Source: an uncultured Halioglobus sp. (GTDB taxonomy: Bacteria; Pseudomonadota; Gammaproteobacteria; Pseudomonadales; Halieaceae). From it: a DNA stretch of 64,000 bases. The position numbers and the translations under genes are program-made. Position 1 is the first letter of the stretch; each line of letters starts with the position of its first letter. Shown here one piece after another: positions 9,869-19,415 of this stretch. The stretch covers positions 2,559 through 66,558 of the forward strand of contig CAXBLZ010000005.1 of assembly GCA_963976735.1 (NCBI GenBank), read 5' to 3'. The notes under the pieces are model-generated. The model searched no databases. It was not told the DNA's origin and saw nothing but the letters and a program-made list of their open reading frames with translations.

Positions 9869-10106
9869 ATTTCCCCACTTACCTGCACAATAGATGATGA
9901 GTCCGGGCGAGAATATCGCTCGGATGTTCCCGGAATATGGAACTGAAGGTGCTAAAAAAACGCTATGAGGTAGTAGACAATCTTAACCAAGACATTGTCA
10001 AGGCGGATTATTTCGCTGCATGCGGGTCAAGGGTGCTGGTGGTTGAATTACGCGGTCAGTTTCCCGTTCCAGCAACCCTGCAGCAGCTTGGCAGCAATTG
10101 ACTTTG

Positions 10107-10132
10107 GCACTCACTATCCAGATAGTGGGTGC
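10107..10132. promoter_or_regulatory. 12-bp-arm palindrome, candidate operator in a divergent promoter region
   Basis: GCACTCACTATC-CA-GATAGTGGGTGC: 11 of 12 arm positions are complementary. Confidence 0.45.
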
Positions 10133-10198
10133 ATGGCTTGAAAGGCACGACTTCGTTCCAAACGGGCCGATATATTGGGACACTATTGGACAATTTGT

Positions 10199-10918
10199 AT
10201 GAGTGAAGATGCTGGGCAGGCCGGGAACCGCTTGAGTTCAGTTGACCTTGCGGTACAGGGGTACCGCTTGTCGCAGAGCCAACTCCGCTTTTTTCACACC
10301 TTTGGATACCTGTTGTTGCCAGGCCTGTTTTGTGAGGATATCGGTGCTATTGGCAATGCCTTTGACAAGGTCATGGCTGATCCTGACAGCGGCGGTATCC
10401 CGCTCGCCTATGCCAATGGTGGCCGCTCGATGGTGCCGGCGATACTCGATCGACACCCGACATTAAATGCCCTGAAATCTGACCCAAGGGTTACCGGCAT
10501 TGCGGACAGCGTCCTCGGTGATGACTGGGAGTACGCTGAGAGCGCTGGTGACCAACTCGAATGCGAGACGACCTGGCACCGCGACACCTATGGCACCCCG
10601 CTGACGCAATTCAGTATCAAGTTGCTGTTTTACATGGAACCATTGACGGCCGCTACGGGTGCCCTTCGAGTTCTGCCTGGAACTAACTATTTCCAGGGCG
10701 ACTATGTGAAGGACGTACTCAGAGGACATGGTTTTCCCGATCGGATGCAGGACGTTTTCGGCGTACCGGCGAATGCAATTCCAGCGGTAGCAGTAGAGAC
10801 GAACCCGGGGGATGTCGTCGTGCTGAATTTTCGAACCGTGCATGCCAGTTTTGAAGGAGCAAAAATAAAGCGAAGGTTGCTAAATATTAATTACCGCGAG
10901 CCGACAAAGCCCAAATAG
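10199..10918 (+). CDS. Phytanoyl-CoA dioxygenase (PhyH)-family Fe(II)/2-oxoglutarate dioxygenase
   Basis: FFHTFGYLLLPGLF N-terminus, WHRD (HxD), GALRVLPGT, PGDVVVLNFRTVHAS and a distal Arg. ATG 10199 chosen. Confidence 0.88.
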   Translation: MSEDAGQAGNRLSSVDLAVQGYRLSQSQLRFFHTFGYLLLPGLFCEDIGAIGNAFDKVMADPDSGGIPLAYANGGRSMVPAILDRHPTLNALKSDPRVTGIADSVLGDDWEYAESAGDQLECETTWHRDTYGTPLTQFSIKLLFYMEPLTAATGALRVLPGTNYFQGDYVKDVLRGHGFPDRMQDVFGVPANAIPAVAVETNPGDVVVLNFRTVHASFEGAKIKRRLLNINYREPTKPK

Positions 10919-10989
10919 AGCTGGCTGCCACTGCATCGGAGCCTGATTTTTGGGACAGGCGATCGAGACGAACACCAGGTTGCTATCGC

Positions 10990-13194
10990 TTAGCGAGCCC
11001 GGGGGAAATCATGCGCTACTTTTTCAATGCCTACCTGATGCGCTAACAGGATCGCTTGACCGCTTACAGGTTCCATATAAGCCGCGCCACCGGGGATTAC
11101 ATCGTTAATATTCTGCCCCGCCAGTTGGCTCGCTTGTTGGTTTCTGGTGACATGATGACCCCATCCGTGAGGTACAGCGATTACGCCGGGCATCACGTCG
11201 GCGCTAATGGATAGCGGCAACTCGATGGTTCCATGATCACTGAACACTTTCACCCGGTCGCCGGGCGCCAGGCCCATCCGCACGGCATCTTGTGGATTGA
11301 TCTGGGCGCTATTCGACAGCGGCTGTTTGATCTGTGCGTTGTTATGCATCCAACTATTGTGTGATTTCCGACTGCGTCGCCCAATCAGCGCCAATGTGTT
11401 TTGTGGCTGCCTGCTGGCTGCAGAGGTGAAGTCCTTTTCATAGTCGGTCAGGCGAGGCAAGTCAGCAGCCACGCTGGCAAGTGCCAAATTGATCGGCTGT
11501 CTTAAACGCGCGCCAAGGAACGTGCCTGGCTCGTTGGCAGCGAGTGTTATGCCTTCTGGATGGGCGACCAGCTTTTTCAAAGACACTTTCCTGCCTGAAA
11601 ACAATAGAATTTTCAGTATGTGATCGGGCGTGAGCCTGAGGTTTCCCGGTAGCCGCTGCAACAACGCATTGGCCCTGGCGAGCAAAAGAAGCGGCTTGTC
11701 CGACAGTATGGGCGCGCCGATTGCCAGCAACAGGTCGGAGAAAATAGCCCATTCTTCTCGTCGGTCAAACAGAGGTTTCACCACAGCTTTCGTGTACTGA
11801 GCATAGGGCTCTGCCTGTAGCGGAATGTGAGAAAGAGGGAAGTCAGATCTTTCCAGCATATCGGTAGCCGGCAAAACATAGTCGGCGTAACGCGCAGCGG
11901 TTTCGTTGATATAAATGTCGACGCTGACGACAAGTTCAAGTTGCTCCATCGCCTGGTGCCAGTTGGGATGTGGCGTGGAGTGAACGGGGTTGCCTGCTGA
12001 TATAAACAGCGCACGAATACGGTTTTCGCTATCACATAGAATGTCATCTGGCAGCGAAGAAACGGGGAAACATCCGGCGACCTTGTGCCAGCCCTGTGAG
12101 GTTTTGACTTTGGCGTCACTGGCGATAACACGCTGCGCCAGTGTCAGCCAGTCAATAGCACCCTCGGGCACCAGCAGTCCACCTCTCTTATCCAGGTTAC
12201 CAGATAGAATGTTTATCCCCTGCAGCACCCAGTACGCGATAGAACCGAAAGGCCCCATATTCACGCCAGTGGACATATAAAGGGCTGCGCCATTGGCGTT
12301 ATGGTACTGCTGCGCCAGTCGTCGAATTACCGTGCTACTGATGCCGCTGATGGAGGAAACTCGCTCCGGCGTCCATTCCCGGGCGGCATTAAGCAATATA
12401 TCTGCGCCCTCGATATGTTTATCCATAGACGGCGCTCTAAACGCGAGCTCATGGTGCAGAACATGGAGCAGTGCCAACAGGAAAAATGCGTCTGTGCCGG
12501 GATGAATGAATACATGTTCTCCGACCTTGGCTGCAGTTTCGGTTCTGCGTGGATCTACAATCACAACCTTGCCACCGCGTGCTTCTATAGCCTGAAGTTT
12601 TTCCAGCGGGTTGATGACGCTCACTACCGACATCTGGCTTATAACCGGGTTGCTGCCCAGGCACATAAGAAATTGTGTATGAGCAAAATCGGGTATCGGG
12701 TGCACTATATCCACGCCATAGATATCCGCCGACACCTGAAACTTATTGTTCAAATCAACCGAGTGTGACGCATACAGTTGGTCAGAACCCAAACACGTGA
12801 TGAAGTCCTGTGTGCAAAGTATATGTTTGAAATTCGCGTAGCTGGGGTTGCCGGTATAATGGGCTAATGCGTTTGCGCCATGTGTTAGCTTGATCGCGCG
12901 AGATTTTTCCGCGATTTCACTAATGGCTTGCTCCCAGCTTATTTTCTCCCAGCAATCGCTATCTTGTGCGCCCTTTACTCGCTTGAGGGGAAAGTTTACA
13001 CGGTCTGGATCATGGTGAATGCCGGCGAGAGTCGTGCCCTTGATGCAGGCATATCCTTTCGAAACCGGGTGTCCAGCATCTGCTGTAATTTTTCGGATGG
13101 TCTGCGAGCCACTTTGGTCCGTCCCAATGTCCACGACAAGACCGCATGCCGCTTCGCAGATTCTGCAGTAGGTTTTCTGTGAGCGTATTTCCAC
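10990..13194 (-). CDS. Molybdopterin (Mo/W-bisPGD) oxidoreductase, cytoplasmic, substrate unknown
   Basis: N-terminal CRICEAAC...CIKG 4Fe-4S motif; GSNPVIS, VDPRRTETA, DYVLPA; C-terminal molydop-binding domain (PHGWG). No Tat signal. GTG 13194 follows GGAGGGA. Confidence 0.93.
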   Translation of the reverse strand: MEIRSQKTYCRICEAACGLVVDIGTDQSGSQTIRKITADAGHPVSKGYACIKGTTLAGIHHDPDRVNFPLKRVKGAQDSDCWEKISWEQAISEIAEKSRAIKLTHGANALAHYTGNPSYANFKHILCTQDFITCLGSDQLYASHSVDLNNKFQVSADIYGVDIVHPIPDFAHTQFLMCLGSNPVISQMSVVSVINPLEKLQAIEARGGKVVIVDPRRTETAAKVGEHVFIHPGTDAFFLLALLHVLHHELAFRAPSMDKHIEGADILLNAAREWTPERVSSISGISSTVIRRLAQQYHNANGAALYMSTGVNMGPFGSIAYWVLQGINILSGNLDKRGGLLVPEGAIDWLTLAQRVIASDAKVKTSQGWHKVAGCFPVSSLPDDILCDSENRIRALFISAGNPVHSTPHPNWHQAMEQLELVVSVDIYINETAARYADYVLPATDMLERSDFPLSHIPLQAEPYAQYTKAVVKPLFDRREEWAIFSDLLLAIGAPILSDKPLLLLARANALLQRLPGNLRLTPDHILKILLFSGRKVSLKKLVAHPEGITLAANEPGTFLGARLRQPINLALASVAADLPRLTDYEKDFTSAASRQPQNTLALIGRRSRKSHNSWMHNNAQIKQPLSNSAQINPQDAVRMGLAPGDRVKVFSDHGTIELPLSISADVMPGVIAVPHGWGHHVTRNQQASQLAGQNINDVIPGGAAYMEPVSGQAILLAHQVGIEKVAHDFPRAR

Positions 13195-13454
13195 CTTCCC
13201 TCCGTGTCTTGTGTGTAGCGAACAGCCAGTGTCCAGTGTAAGCCAGCACATTACCAGTTCCCGATACTATTTGAGCGGAACTACCGGGAAGAAACGAGTT
13301 GCACCGCGGTCGCTTGTTGGGGTCGACAAGCACAGCTCGTTTATATTTGTAGCGGGGGTGTCTGTTTTTTTTCGATAAACGGCTTCATGGCCTTGATCAA
13401 CACATAGATCTGATATTACATTGAAGCCATAATATGCCCTACAACCAATAAGAA

Positions 13455-14702
13455 GTGATCATCATGAAAAATCCCACCATGCGGCAGAGCAAAACCATCA
13501 TTACCCCGGAATTTATTGTCAGCCGCCGTCAGGCGCTGCGTTATAGTCTTGCTACGCTGGGCTTGGCGGTCGGTTCACCGCTGTTGAGTGGCTGCAGTGA
13601 TTCCAATAACAATTCCAATGACACACTCTCCGATGACATGCGCTCTTTTGAGCTTCAGGCGCCTGATGAAAATGGCGTCGCTCTGCCTGTGGGCTATACA
13701 TCCCGTATTGTCGCTCGCTCCACCGAGTTGGTAGAAGGGACCTCGTATGCCTGGCACAACGCGCCCGATGGCGGCGCCTGCTTTGACGCCGGCGACGGAG
13801 GCTGGATTTACGTTTCCAACAGTGAACAGTTCGTCGAGGCCGCTGGCGGGGTCAGCGCTATCCGCTTCGATGCCAATGGCACTATTGTCGACGCCTACAA
13901 TATTTGCACGGGTACTACCGCTAATTGCGCCGGTGGTAAAACACCGTGGAACACCTGGTTGACGTGCGAGGAAAAGTTTATCGGTGACGGTCTGGGCCTG
14001 GTTTACGAGTGTGACCCCTGGGGCGTGAATGCCGCGATTGCCCGGCCTGCCATGGGGGCGTTCGCCCACGAAGCCGTCGCTGTTGATGATGTTATGCAAG
14101 TCCTCTACCTGACAGAAGACAGGCCAGACGGAAAGCTCTATCGCTTCACCCCGGACAATTATCCAGATTTAAGCAGCGGCTTGTTGGAATCTGCAGAAGT
14201 TGTGGGCGACCCGGGCACTGGTGCTTCGCTGGTCTGGCATGTCATTCCTGACCCATCCGGTGTAACCGGCGACACGCGTTACCAGGTACCCGCCAGTAGC
14301 GATTTTAACGGTGGCGAAGGCATAGCGTTCGCCGACGGACTCATATTCTTCGCGACCAAAGGCGATAACCGCATTTGGCGGTATGACACCATCGGCAATT
14401 CCCTCGATATCCTCTACGATGATGACAATTTTGAAGAACCTTTGCTTACCGGCGTCGACAATATCACCATCGCCCCATCTGGTGAAATTTATGTCGCAGA
14501 AGATGGCGGGGACATGCAGGTGGTTATCCTCACGCAATCCGGTGAAACCTTCCCGATCGCCCAGGTTCCTGGCCAGGAAGGCTCAGAAATCACCGGCCCT
14601 GCCATTTACGGAAACCGCTTGTATTTCAGTTCACAGCGGGGCGTAGGACCTTTTAGTGGTGAAGGCGGTATTACCTATGAGATCACCGGGGATTTCCGCT
14701 AG
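13455..14702 (+). CDS. phoX: PhoX/DUF839-family phosphatase-like Tat lipoprotein (short form)
   Basis: SRRQAL twin-Arg and LSGC lipobox. Motifs NSE, NCAGG, TCEE, HEAVA, TED, GGEG, VDNI, AEDG, SEITG. Exact start uncertain. Confidence 0.85.
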   Translation: MIIMKNPTMRQSKTIITPEFIVSRRQALRYSLATLGLAVGSPLLSGCSDSNNNSNDTLSDDMRSFELQAPDENGVALPVGYTSRIVARSTELVEGTSYAWHNAPDGGACFDAGDGGWIYVSNSEQFVEAAGGVSAIRFDANGTIVDAYNICTGTTANCAGGKTPWNTWLTCEEKFIGDGLGLVYECDPWGVNAAIARPAMGAFAHEAVAVDDVMQVLYLTEDRPDGKLYRFTPDNYPDLSSGLLESAEVVGDPGTGASLVWHVIPDPSGVTGDTRYQVPASSDFNGGEGIAFADGLIFFATKGDNRIWRYDTIGNSLDILYDDDNFEEPLLTGVDNITIAPSGEIYVAEDGGDMQVVILTQSGETFPIAQVPGQEGSEITGPAIYGNRLYFSSQRGVGPFSGEGGITYEITGDFR

Positions 14703-14891
14703 CGACACTGGTGGTTTGCAGCGTGCTGGTCTGTGCGCAAGCTGGTAGCGAGCCTGGTATCCCGTTAAGCACCGTGTGCGATTCTCACGGGTAGAGAGAT
14801 CGATAAAGCCGAAGTATACCCAAGAAAAAAACGGTTTGAGCGAATGAGTCATCGCTTCCATACTTCCTGCGAAACACAGGAGGGGTGGACA

Positions 14892-15578
14892 GTGGATTTG
14901 AACAAAATTATCTCCGGCCTTGCCAGCAGCGGTGTACTGGGTGGTTTTGCCGGTGGCGCCGTCGGCGGTGCCCTGATGGGCAACAAGAAAGCACGCAAAA
15001 CAGCGGGTACCCTGTTAAAGGTAGGCAGTATCGCAGCTCTCGGTGGGGTCGCCTGGAAAGCCTACCAGGGCTACCAGTCTGCGCAGACCCAGACGGACCA
15101 GACAGCCTTCAGTGATTCCGCAAACACTGCCGGTCAGCCGCAGCGGGGTAAGGATTGGGGGCATGTGCCTGAACAACGCTTTGCTCTCGAGGAACACGTC
15201 GACCCCGGCCGGGACTCCCCTTCGCTACTGCTGGTCCAGGCTATGATTGCGGCCGCCTGTGCAGACAGCCATATCGATACTGACGAGCGTCAACGGATCA
15301 TGAATCGGGTAGAAGAGCTTAACCTCGCTCCCGATGAGACAGCCCTGGTGTTCGATTCCCTGCAATCGCCACTTTCGCTCATCCAGTTGTGTGAGCGTGT
15401 TGACTCGCCAGAACTGGCCACAGAGGTCTACCTCTCCTCGCTGATGGCAGTAGATACAGCTCGCACCGAGGCGCGCCTCTACCTGGACGCATTGGCATTT
15501 CGCCTCGGTTTGCCGCCGGCGTTGAAGGAGCAATTGCACCGCAGCATCGACAGCGGGCAGACGTTGCAGGTTGCTTGA
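14892..15578 (+). CDS. DUF533 / TerB-like (YebE-like) protein
   Basis: Gly-rich N-terminus and AALGGVAWKAY, then AMIAAACADSHIDTDERQRI, ATEVYLSSL and YLDALA. GTG 14892 follows AGGGG. Confidence 0.85.
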   Translation: MDLNKIISGLASSGVLGGFAGGAVGGALMGNKKARKTAGTLLKVGSIAALGGVAWKAYQGYQSAQTQTDQTAFSDSANTAGQPQRGKDWGHVPEQRFALEEHVDPGRDSPSLLLVQAMIAAACADSHIDTDERQRIMNRVEELNLAPDETALVFDSLQSPLSLIQLCERVDSPELATEVYLSSLMAVDTARTEARLYLDALAFRLGLPPALKEQLHRSIDSGQTLQVA

Positions 15579-15598
15579 TAGCGGGGGCCGGCTCGGCC

Positions 15599-16045
15599 TC
15601 AGATGCTCAGGTACTTGTGCAACAGTTCGCCGACCTTGCCGGTATCGTGCTGGGTCAGGTCCTTGTCGATCTCGTGTATCACGCACTTGCGGGTCTGGTC
15701 ATCCAGTGCCTTGCGCAGGAGCCCTAGAAAATTGGGAGCTGCCACCAGAACCAGCGAATCCATCTCCTGCCCCAGCCGTGCCTGGCGCAGGCGGTCGGTC
15801 AGCTCGTGGGCGAATACCTGGGCCTCGTGTTCGGTGGCAGAGACTTCCGGCTGGGTGTCGCGCCGCTGTCCCTGGCCACCGCGCTGCATTACCGCAGCAC
15901 CCTCGTCGGTTACCAGGTCACCTTCGTGCGCCCGGCCCTGGGGATGTTCGTGGTTTTCCAGTTGCTCCAGTTGATCCCACCGCTTGCCGCGCAGATACAG
16001 GCGCGCATGTGCTCGGTCCGCCACCAGGATCCAGATTCTTCCCAT
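15599..16045 (-). CDS. Host attachment protein family (baeRF12/AtsE-like)
   Basis: WILVADRAHARLY and LVLVAAPNFLGLLR..L...IDKDLT family motifs. Confidence 0.88.
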   Translation of the reverse strand: MGRIWILVADRAHARLYLRGKRWDQLEQLENHEHPQGRAHEGDLVTDEGAAVMQRGGQGQRRDTQPEVSATEHEAQVFAHELTDRLRQARLGQEMDSLVLVAAPNFLGLLRKALDDQTRKCVIHEIDKDLTQHDTGKVGELLHKYLSI

Positions 16046-16320
16046 CGTGTTTCTCCCCTCTCATGTTGTGCCTGGGGCATCCACGGTACGCAAGTCGGTC
16101 AACACGCGCAAGCGACCCAGCGGCGGCAAAGGCCGGCTTGCAGTACAGAAATGTATCGCTGTATGAGGACGACACAGACTGCATTCGATCACGCAGGCCC
16201 CAGTTCCCGATTGGGCAAAATCACCTATCGCCGGTTCCAGTGCGGCGATCTGCTGGATCCGTTTTGACTGAACGCACCAGCAAACCTCGGATTTCAATCT
16301 ACATCGAAGTGGATGCTGAA

Positions 16321-16338
16321 ACGTCATCTTACAGTAAT
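16321..16338 (+). promoter_or_regulatory. Candidate Pho box upstream of the second phoX
   Basis: ACGTCAT-CTTA-CAGTAAT: two half-sites at 11-bp period resembling CTGTCAT-N4-CTGT(C/A)A(C/T), about 60 bp before the ATG. Confidence 0.4.
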
Positions 16339-16396
16339 AGTCATTTATTACAGTGACCGCTTTCAAGCCGAGTTAGACTCCTGGACCAGAGCAACC

Positions 16397-17914
16397 ATGC
16401 GTAAATTTCATCAGCAGCCACTAGGGCGCCGTACGTTCATTGTCGGTGCAAGTAAATCAGCCATCGCTATCGGACTGGCTCCCATCCTGCAGGCCTGTAG
16501 TGACAGCAGTAACAAACACCTGTTACAAACGGGGGCTTCCTCCTATGGGCCGTTGTCACCTGTCGCAGACAGCACAACGGGGCTGTCGCTGCTGAAGTTG
16601 CCGGAGGGATTTACCTACACGTCCATTGGATGGACTGGCGATAGCATGAGCGACGGTACACTCACTCCCGACAGACACGATGGCATGGCTGTGGTCAGTG
16701 GACGGGGGGGCGTTTCCGGCGAATGCGTGCTGATTCGCAATCATGAGCGCAGTGTTGTCGGACCCGGCTTGCCCCAGCCCGTGGTTGGCGGTGGTATCGC
16801 GCCGGTGTATGACGGGCTCTCAATACCGGGCGTGCTTGCTGGCCTGGGGGGCGGGACTACCGCCCTGAAGGTGCGTGGTGGGCAATTGATCGAAGATCGC
16901 GCCACCCTGGGCGGCACCATTGCAAACTGTGCCGGGGGACCCACTCCCTGGGGAAGTTGGTTGACCTGCGAGGAGACCATGACACTGGCTAGCATCATCG
17001 GCGCGCGAGACCATGGCTTTGTATTTGAAGTGCCCGATCCGGCGCTGGGGCCAGCCTCTGCTGTACCCATCACGGACATGGGGTTGATGCCCCATGAAGC
17101 GGTGGCCGTGGATGCGAGGGACTCGCGCGTATACCTGACCGAGGACAATAATCCGTTGTCGGGTTTCTACCGCTACACCCCTGACGATAACAGCCAGCAG
17201 GTGGGGGCACTGGAGCGGGGCGGCGCACTGGAGATGCTGGCCGTTGCCGGTCGTGCTGGCGTCGATCTTGGACAGGCTGCACAGGGGGACGTTTACGATG
17301 TCCGGTGGGTGCCGGTGCCCAATCCGGTTGCACCGCCAGAGACTTTGATAGCTCCCATTGAGGGGTTCCCGCCGATCCAGGGGGCGGGTCGCTCCGGCCC
17401 GTTCATGCAGGGGCGGGCAAACGGGGGCGCCAGTTTCCGTCGCGGAGAGGGATGCTGGTATCAGGACGGGGTGGTGTACTTCGTTGATACTGCTGGCGGG
17501 AACGCTGGTAAGGGGGCGGTCTGGGCATACATCCCCGGCGAGGAGACGCTCACCGCCCTGTTCGTCTCCCCGGATGCCGCTACAGCGGATAATCCCGACA
17601 ATATCACGGTGACGCCGCAAACCGCATTGCTGGTGTGTGAGGATGGAGGTGGCATCAGCGAAAACGGTGCGTTGGTCACCGGTACACGTATGCTCGGCAT
17701 AGCGCAGGATGGCAGCTCATTCGTATTTGCCGAGAACAATATGGTGCTTGATGCCGCACTACCCGGGCGCCCCTCGATCCCTGCTGCAGATTATCGTGGT
17801 AGTGAGTGGGCTGGCGCCTGTTTCGATCCTTCGGGCGAGTACCTCTACGTCAACATACAGACCCCGGGGGTCACCTTCGCAATAACAGGTCCCTGGAAGA
17901 GAGGCCCTCTCTGA
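16397..17914 (+). CDS. phoX: PhoX-family alkaline phosphatase, Tat lipoprotein
   Basis: GRRTFI twin-Arg and LQAC lipobox. Motifs NHE, NCAGG, TCEE, HEAVA, TED, RGEG, PDNI, CEDG, SEWAG. ATG 16397. Confidence 0.9.
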   Translation: MRKFHQQPLGRRTFIVGASKSAIAIGLAPILQACSDSSNKHLLQTGASSYGPLSPVADSTTGLSLLKLPEGFTYTSIGWTGDSMSDGTLTPDRHDGMAVVSGRGGVSGECVLIRNHERSVVGPGLPQPVVGGGIAPVYDGLSIPGVLAGLGGGTTALKVRGGQLIEDRATLGGTIANCAGGPTPWGSWLTCEETMTLASIIGARDHGFVFEVPDPALGPASAVPITDMGLMPHEAVAVDARDSRVYLTEDNNPLSGFYRYTPDDNSQQVGALERGGALEMLAVAGRAGVDLGQAAQGDVYDVRWVPVPNPVAPPETLIAPIEGFPPIQGAGRSGPFMQGRANGGASFRRGEGCWYQDGVVYFVDTAGGNAGKGAVWAYIPGEETLTALFVSPDAATADNPDNITVTPQTALLVCEDGGGISENGALVTGTRMLGIAQDGSSFVFAENNMVLDAALPGRPSIPAADYRGSEWAGACFDPSGEYLYVNIQTPGVTFAITGPWKRGPL

Positions 17915-18029
17915 GTCATTCAGTGAGACCCTAGCAAAGCACGTTGACGACGTTCGAGTTAGTCCTGATTGAGGGTAAGCCTGGGGTTCAAGAGCAGCGA
18001 CCGCAGGCGCTTTCGGGAGAATAACAGCA

Positions 18030-19370
18030 TCAGGAAAACATATAGTCGTTGAGCAGGTTTTCAAGCCATTCCTGCTTGCCACTGGCCTGCACCGGCTCGG
18101 CACTTCTGGCGGCGATGTCGCGCAGTTCGGCCAGGCCCATTTTCCCCGCCGCAAACCGCTGCGCATCTGTTCTGTCGAAACTGGCATAACGGCTGGCTTT
18201 GAACGCATCCAGTTTGCCATCACTGATGATGCGCTCGGCAATCAGCAACGCTCGCGCATAGGCATCCATGCCGCCGATGTGACCCAAAAACAGGTCCTCA
18301 AGCGCAGTCGACTCGCGGCGCACTTTGGCGTCGAAGTTCAAGCCGCCACTGCCAAGCCCGCCGGCGGCAAGTACGATCAGCATGTTCTGCACACAGTCGT
18401 ACATGTCCATGGGAAACTGGTCGGTATCCCAGCCGTTCTGGGCGTTGCCGCGGTTGGCGTCAATCGAACCCAACAAACCGGCATCAGTCGCCATCTGCAG
18501 GTCATGAGCGGAACTGTGGCCGGCCAGTGTGGCGTGGTTTGCTTCGATATTCAGTTTGAAATCGCCGTCCAGCCCATGGTGTCGGAGGAAACCAATGACT
18601 GTTTGCGCGTCGACATCGTACTGGTGATACATTGGCTCCATCGGTTTCGGCTCAATGAGGAAGGTGCCTTTGAACCCGATCGAGCGACCATAGTCGCGGG
18701 CCATAGCGAGGAATGTGGCAAGGTGATCCAGTTCGCGGCGAGTGTCGGTATTGAGCAGGGTGGCGTAACCTTCGCGACCGCCCCAGAACACGTAATTTTT
18801 TCCCTCGAGCGCGACCGTCGCCTCCAGCGCCGCTTTCACCTGCGCACCCGCATGTGCGACCACTGCAAAATCGGGGTTGGTAGCGCCGCCATTCATATAG
18901 CGCGGGTGGGAGAAGAGGTTGGCTGTACCCCAGAGCAGTTCCATTCCGGTTGCGTCCTGCCGCTCCCGGGCCAAGCTGGCCATCTGCGCGAGATTGGCTT
19001 CCGATTCCGCTACTGAGTCGCCCTCGGGCGCGATATCACGGTCGTGAAAACAGTAGAAGGGGACATTGAGTTTGGTGAAAAATTCAAAGGCGGCGTCCAT
19101 TTTGTTACGGGCATTGACCATGGCATCTTCACTGGAATGCCAGGGATGTACGCGTGTGCCGGGACCAAATGGGTCGCCGCCATCGGCGCAGAAGGTGTGC
19201 CAGTAGCAGACGGCAAATCGCAGGTGCTGCTCCATGGTTTTGCCCGCAACGATGCGGTCTGGATCGTAGGCCTTGAAGCTCAGAGGATTATCGGATTCCG
19301 GGCCTTCATAGGCAATCTGGCCAACACCGGGGAAGTATGCCCTGTCCCCGGTAAATACTGATCTGCTCAT
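18030..19370 (-). CDS. xylA: Xylose isomerase (class II)
   Basis: Motifs [44 protein letters not shown]. Confidence 0.98.
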   Translation of the reverse strand: MSRSVFTGDRAYFPGVGQIAYEGPESDNPLSFKAYDPDRIVAGKTMEQHLRFAVCYWHTFCADGGDPFGPGTRVHPWHSSEDAMVNARNKMDAAFEFFTKLNVPFYCFHDRDIAPEGDSVAESEANLAQMASLARERQDATGMELLWGTANLFSHPRYMNGGATNPDFAVVAHAGAQVKAALEATVALEGKNYVFWGGREGYATLLNTDTRRELDHLATFLAMARDYGRSIGFKGTFLIEPKPMEPMYHQYDVDAQTVIGFLRHHGLDGDFKLNIEANHATLAGHSSAHDLQMATDAGLLGSIDANRGNAQNGWDTDQFPMDMYDCVQNMLIVLAAGGLGSGGLNFDAKVRRESTALEDLFLGHIGGMDAYARALLIAERIISDGKLDAFKASRYASFDRTDAQRFAAGKMGLAELRDIAARSAEPVQASGKQEWLENLLNDYMFS

Positions 19371-19415
19371 CGGACCCTCACGTTGTTACCCTCGAACAGG
19401 ACGCCGCTTGCCTGC

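Noticed and set aside
9998-10183. 61-aa ORF as a RiPP precursor for the radical SAM
   Set aside because: GTG start without an RBS, it spans the divergent promoter and palindrome, it has no leader/core pattern, and the enzyme lacks an evident RRE.
13381-13432. Pho box upstream of the first phoX
   Set aside because: Only GCTTCAT and ATTACAT 33 bp apart; the intervening 11-bp units do not match.
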